A stretch of 62,678 nt of DNA, counting the filler, from Chiloscyllium plagiosum (taxonomy: Eukaryota): assembly GCF_004010195.1 (NCBI RefSeq). It is 4 parts of one record of this genome, joined end to end, with 100 filler letters (N's around TTAATTAATTAA, not from the genome) between each part and the next. Parts side by side here need not be neighbours in the genome. Positions count along the whole stretch, not along the records: positions 59,991 to 62,678 come from NC_057713.1; 3 more parts are not named here. The stretch is one strand, 5' to 3'. Of the stretch, positions 59,991 to 62,678 are shown piece after piece; position 1 is the stretch's first letter; each line of letters opens with the position of its first letter. The notes below the pieces were generated by a model, which saw nothing but the letters and a program-made list of their open reading frames with translations, had not been told where the DNA came from and searched no databases. Both the position numbers and the translations under genes were made by a program.

Positions 59991-62678
59991 CGGCCCGCAC
60001 TCTCTCTGCTCCCAGCTTGGCCCGCACCTGCTCTGCTCCCAGCTCGGCCTGCCCTTGCATTGCTCCCAGCTGGGCCCGCACTCTCTCTGCTCCAAGCTCG
60101 GCCTGCAGTCGCATTGCTCTCTGCTTGGCCCGCACTCACTCTGCTCCCAGCTTGGCCCGCACTCACTCTGCTCCCAGCTCGGTCCGCACTCCTTCTGCTC
60201 CCAGCTCGGCCTGCACTCACTCTGCTCCCAGCTTGGTCCGCACTCCCTTTGCTCCCAGCTCGGTGTGCACTCGCTCTGCTCCCAGCTCGGCATGCACTCC
60301 CTCTGCTCCCAGCTTAGCCCACACGCTCTCTGCTCCCAACCCGGCCCGCACTCTCTCTGCTCCCAGCTCGGTCTGCACTCGCTCTGCTTGCAGCTCGGCC
60401 CGCACTCGCATTGCTTCCAGCTCAGTCCGCACTCGCTCTGCTCCCAGCCTGGCCTGCACTGACTCTGCTCCCAGCTCGGTCCGCACTCCCTCTGCTCCAA
60501 GCTCGGCCTGCAATCGCTCTGCTCCCAGCTCGGCCCGCACTCACTCTGCTCCCAGCTCAGCCCGCACTCACTCTGCTCCCAGCTTGGCCCGCACTCGCTC
60601 TGCTCCCAGCTCGGCCTGTACTTGCATTGCTCCCAGCTGGGCCCACACTCTCTCTGCCCCCAGCTCGGCCTGCACTCGCTCTGCTCCCAGCTCGGCCCGC
60701 ACTCACTCTGCTCCCAGCTCGGTCCGCACTCCTTCTGCTCCCAGCTCGGCCTGCACTCCCTCTGCTCCCAGCTTGGTCCGCACTCTCTCTGCTCCCAACC
60801 CGGCCCGCACTCTCTCTGCTCCCAGCTCGACCTGCACTCGCTCTGCTTGCAGCTCGGCCGCACTCGCATTGCTTCCAGCTCAGTCCGCACTCTCTCTGAT
60901 CCCAACTCAGTCGGCACTCGCTCTGCTCCCAGCCTGGCCTGCATTGACTCTGCTCCCAGCTCGGTCCGCACTCCCTCTGCTCACAGCTCGGCCCACACTC
61001 TCTCTGCTCCCAGCTCAGCCCGCACTCGCTCTGCTCCCAGCTCGGCCCGCACTCCTTCTGCTCCCAGCTCGGTCTGCACTCGCTCTGCTGCTCGCTCGGC
61101 ATGCACTCCCTCTGCTCCCAGCTCGGCCCGCACTCACTCTGCCCCCAGCTCGGCCCGCACTCTCTTTGCTCCCAGCTCGGTACGCACTCTCTCTGCTCCC
61201 AGCCCGGCCCGCACGCTCTCTGCTCCCAACCCGGCCCGCACTCTCTCTGCTCCCAGCTCGACCCGCACTCACTCTGCTCCCAGCTCGGCCTGCAGTCACT
61301 CTGTTCCCAACTAGGCCTGCGCTCGCTCTGCTCCCAGCTCGGCCCGCACTCGCTCTGCTCCCAGCTCGGCCCGCACTCACTCTGCTCCCAGCTCGGTCCG
61401 CACTCCCTCTGCTCCCAGCTCGGCCCGCACTCCCTCTGCTCCCAGCTCGGCCTTCACTCTCTCTGCTCCCAGCTTGGCCCGCACTCGCTCTGCTCACAGC
61501 CTGGCCTGCACTGACTCTGTTCCAGCTCGGTCCGCACTCTCTCTGTTTCCAGCTTGGCCTGCACTCACATTGCTCCCAGCTCAGTCCGCACTCTCACTGA
61601 TCCCAACTCAGTCCGCACTCGCTCTGCTCCCAGCTCGGCCCGCACTCGCTCTGCACCCAGCTCGGCCCGCACTCTCTCTGCTCTCAGCTCAGTCCGCACA
61701 CTCTCTGCTCCCAGCTTGGTCCGCACTCTCTCTGCTCCCAGCTCGGCCCGCACTCACTCTGCTCAAAGCTCGGCCCGCACTCACTCTGCTCAAAGCTCGG
61801 CCCGCACTCACTCTGCTCCCAGCTTGGTCCGCCCTCTCTGCTCCCAGCTTGGCCTGCACTCGCTCTGCTCCCAGCCTGGCCTGCACTGACTCTGCTCCCA
61901 GCTCGGTCTGCACTCGCTCTGCTCCCAGCTTGGCCCACACTCTCTCTGCTCCCAGCTTGGTCCGCCCTCTCTGCTCCCAGCTTGGCCTGCACTCGCATTG
62001 CTCCCAGCTCAGTCCGCACTCTCTCTGATCCCAACACAGTCGGCACTCGCTCTGCTCCCAGCCTGGCCTGCACTGACTCTGCTCCCAGCTTGGTCCGCAC
62101 TCGCTCTGCTCCCAGCCTGGCCTGCACTGACTCTGCTCCCACCTTGGTCCGCACTCGCTCTGCTCCCAGCTCTGCCCGCACTCACTCTGCTCCCAGCTCG
62201 GTCTTCACTCACTCTGCTCCCAGCTCGGTCCGCACTCGCTCTGCTCCCAGCTCGGTCTGCACTCGCTCTGCTCCCAGCTTGGCCCACACTCTCTCTGCTC
62301 CCAGCTTGGCCCGCACTCTCTCTGCCCCCAACCCGGTCCGCACTCGCTCTGCTCCCAGATTTGTCCGCACTCTCTCTGCTTCCAGCTTGGCCTGCACTCG
62401 CATTGCTCCCAGCTCAGTCCGTACTCTCACTGATCCCAACTCAGTCCGCACTCTCTCTGATCCCAACTCAGTCGGCACTCGCTCTGCTCCCAGCCTGGCC
62501 TGCACTGACTCTGTTCCAGCTCGGTCCGCACTCTCTCTGCTTCCAGCTTGGCCTGCACTCGCTCGGCTCCCAGCTCGGCCCGCACTCTCTCTGCTCCCAG
62601 CTCAGTTGGCCCTCGCTCTGCTCTCAGTGAGGCCCGCACTCGGTCTGCTCCCAGCTCGGCCTGCACTCGCTTTGCTGC
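59991..62678 (+). repeat. 27-bp GC-rich minisatellite (about 100 units, open at both ends)
   Basis: Unit CTGCTCCCAGCTCGGCCCGCACTCNCT; 9-aa periodicity in all ORFs (PSWEQRECG, RAELGAERV, SAPSSARTH). Confidence 0.97.

Noticed and set aside
59943..62630. Long ORFs (342, 527, 230, 210 aa)
   Set aside because: They arise from a stop-poor 27-bp tandem unit; open on both strands and in several frames, with frame-shifting indels and no unique domain

Overview
This is eukaryotic, repeat-dominated DNA, almost certainly from a shark or ray (elasmobranch), inferred from HE1/V-type SINEs, HER1/CR1-type LINEs and a shark-type H2B N-terminus. I recognise no intact host protein-coding gene. The window is a nested set of decayed non-LTR retroelements: CR1, Rex1/Babar, Tx1/L1, a Crack/Daphne-like LINE, tRNA-derived SINEs, and at least four families of Penelope-like elements (PLEs). 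It also holds one SINE-disrupted histone H2B pseudogene, a 50-bp and a 27-bp minisatellite, and a few unique islands that look like conserved non-coding enhancers. The most structured signal is about a dozen PLE-derived inverted-repeat insertions; six have clear 10-17 bp target-site duplications (TSDs) and several keep minimal hammerhead-ribozyme cores. A second signal is a LINE whose 5' and 3' ends match a short SINE, suggesting the SINE is an internally deleted LINE derivative. Three 100-bp N44-TTAATTAATTAA-N44 blocks are artificial contig linkers, so contiguity across them is not guaranteed. All long ORFs are retroelement remnants or satellite artefacts. Boundaries of old repeats are approximate (tens of bp), and family names come from recognition, not database searches.
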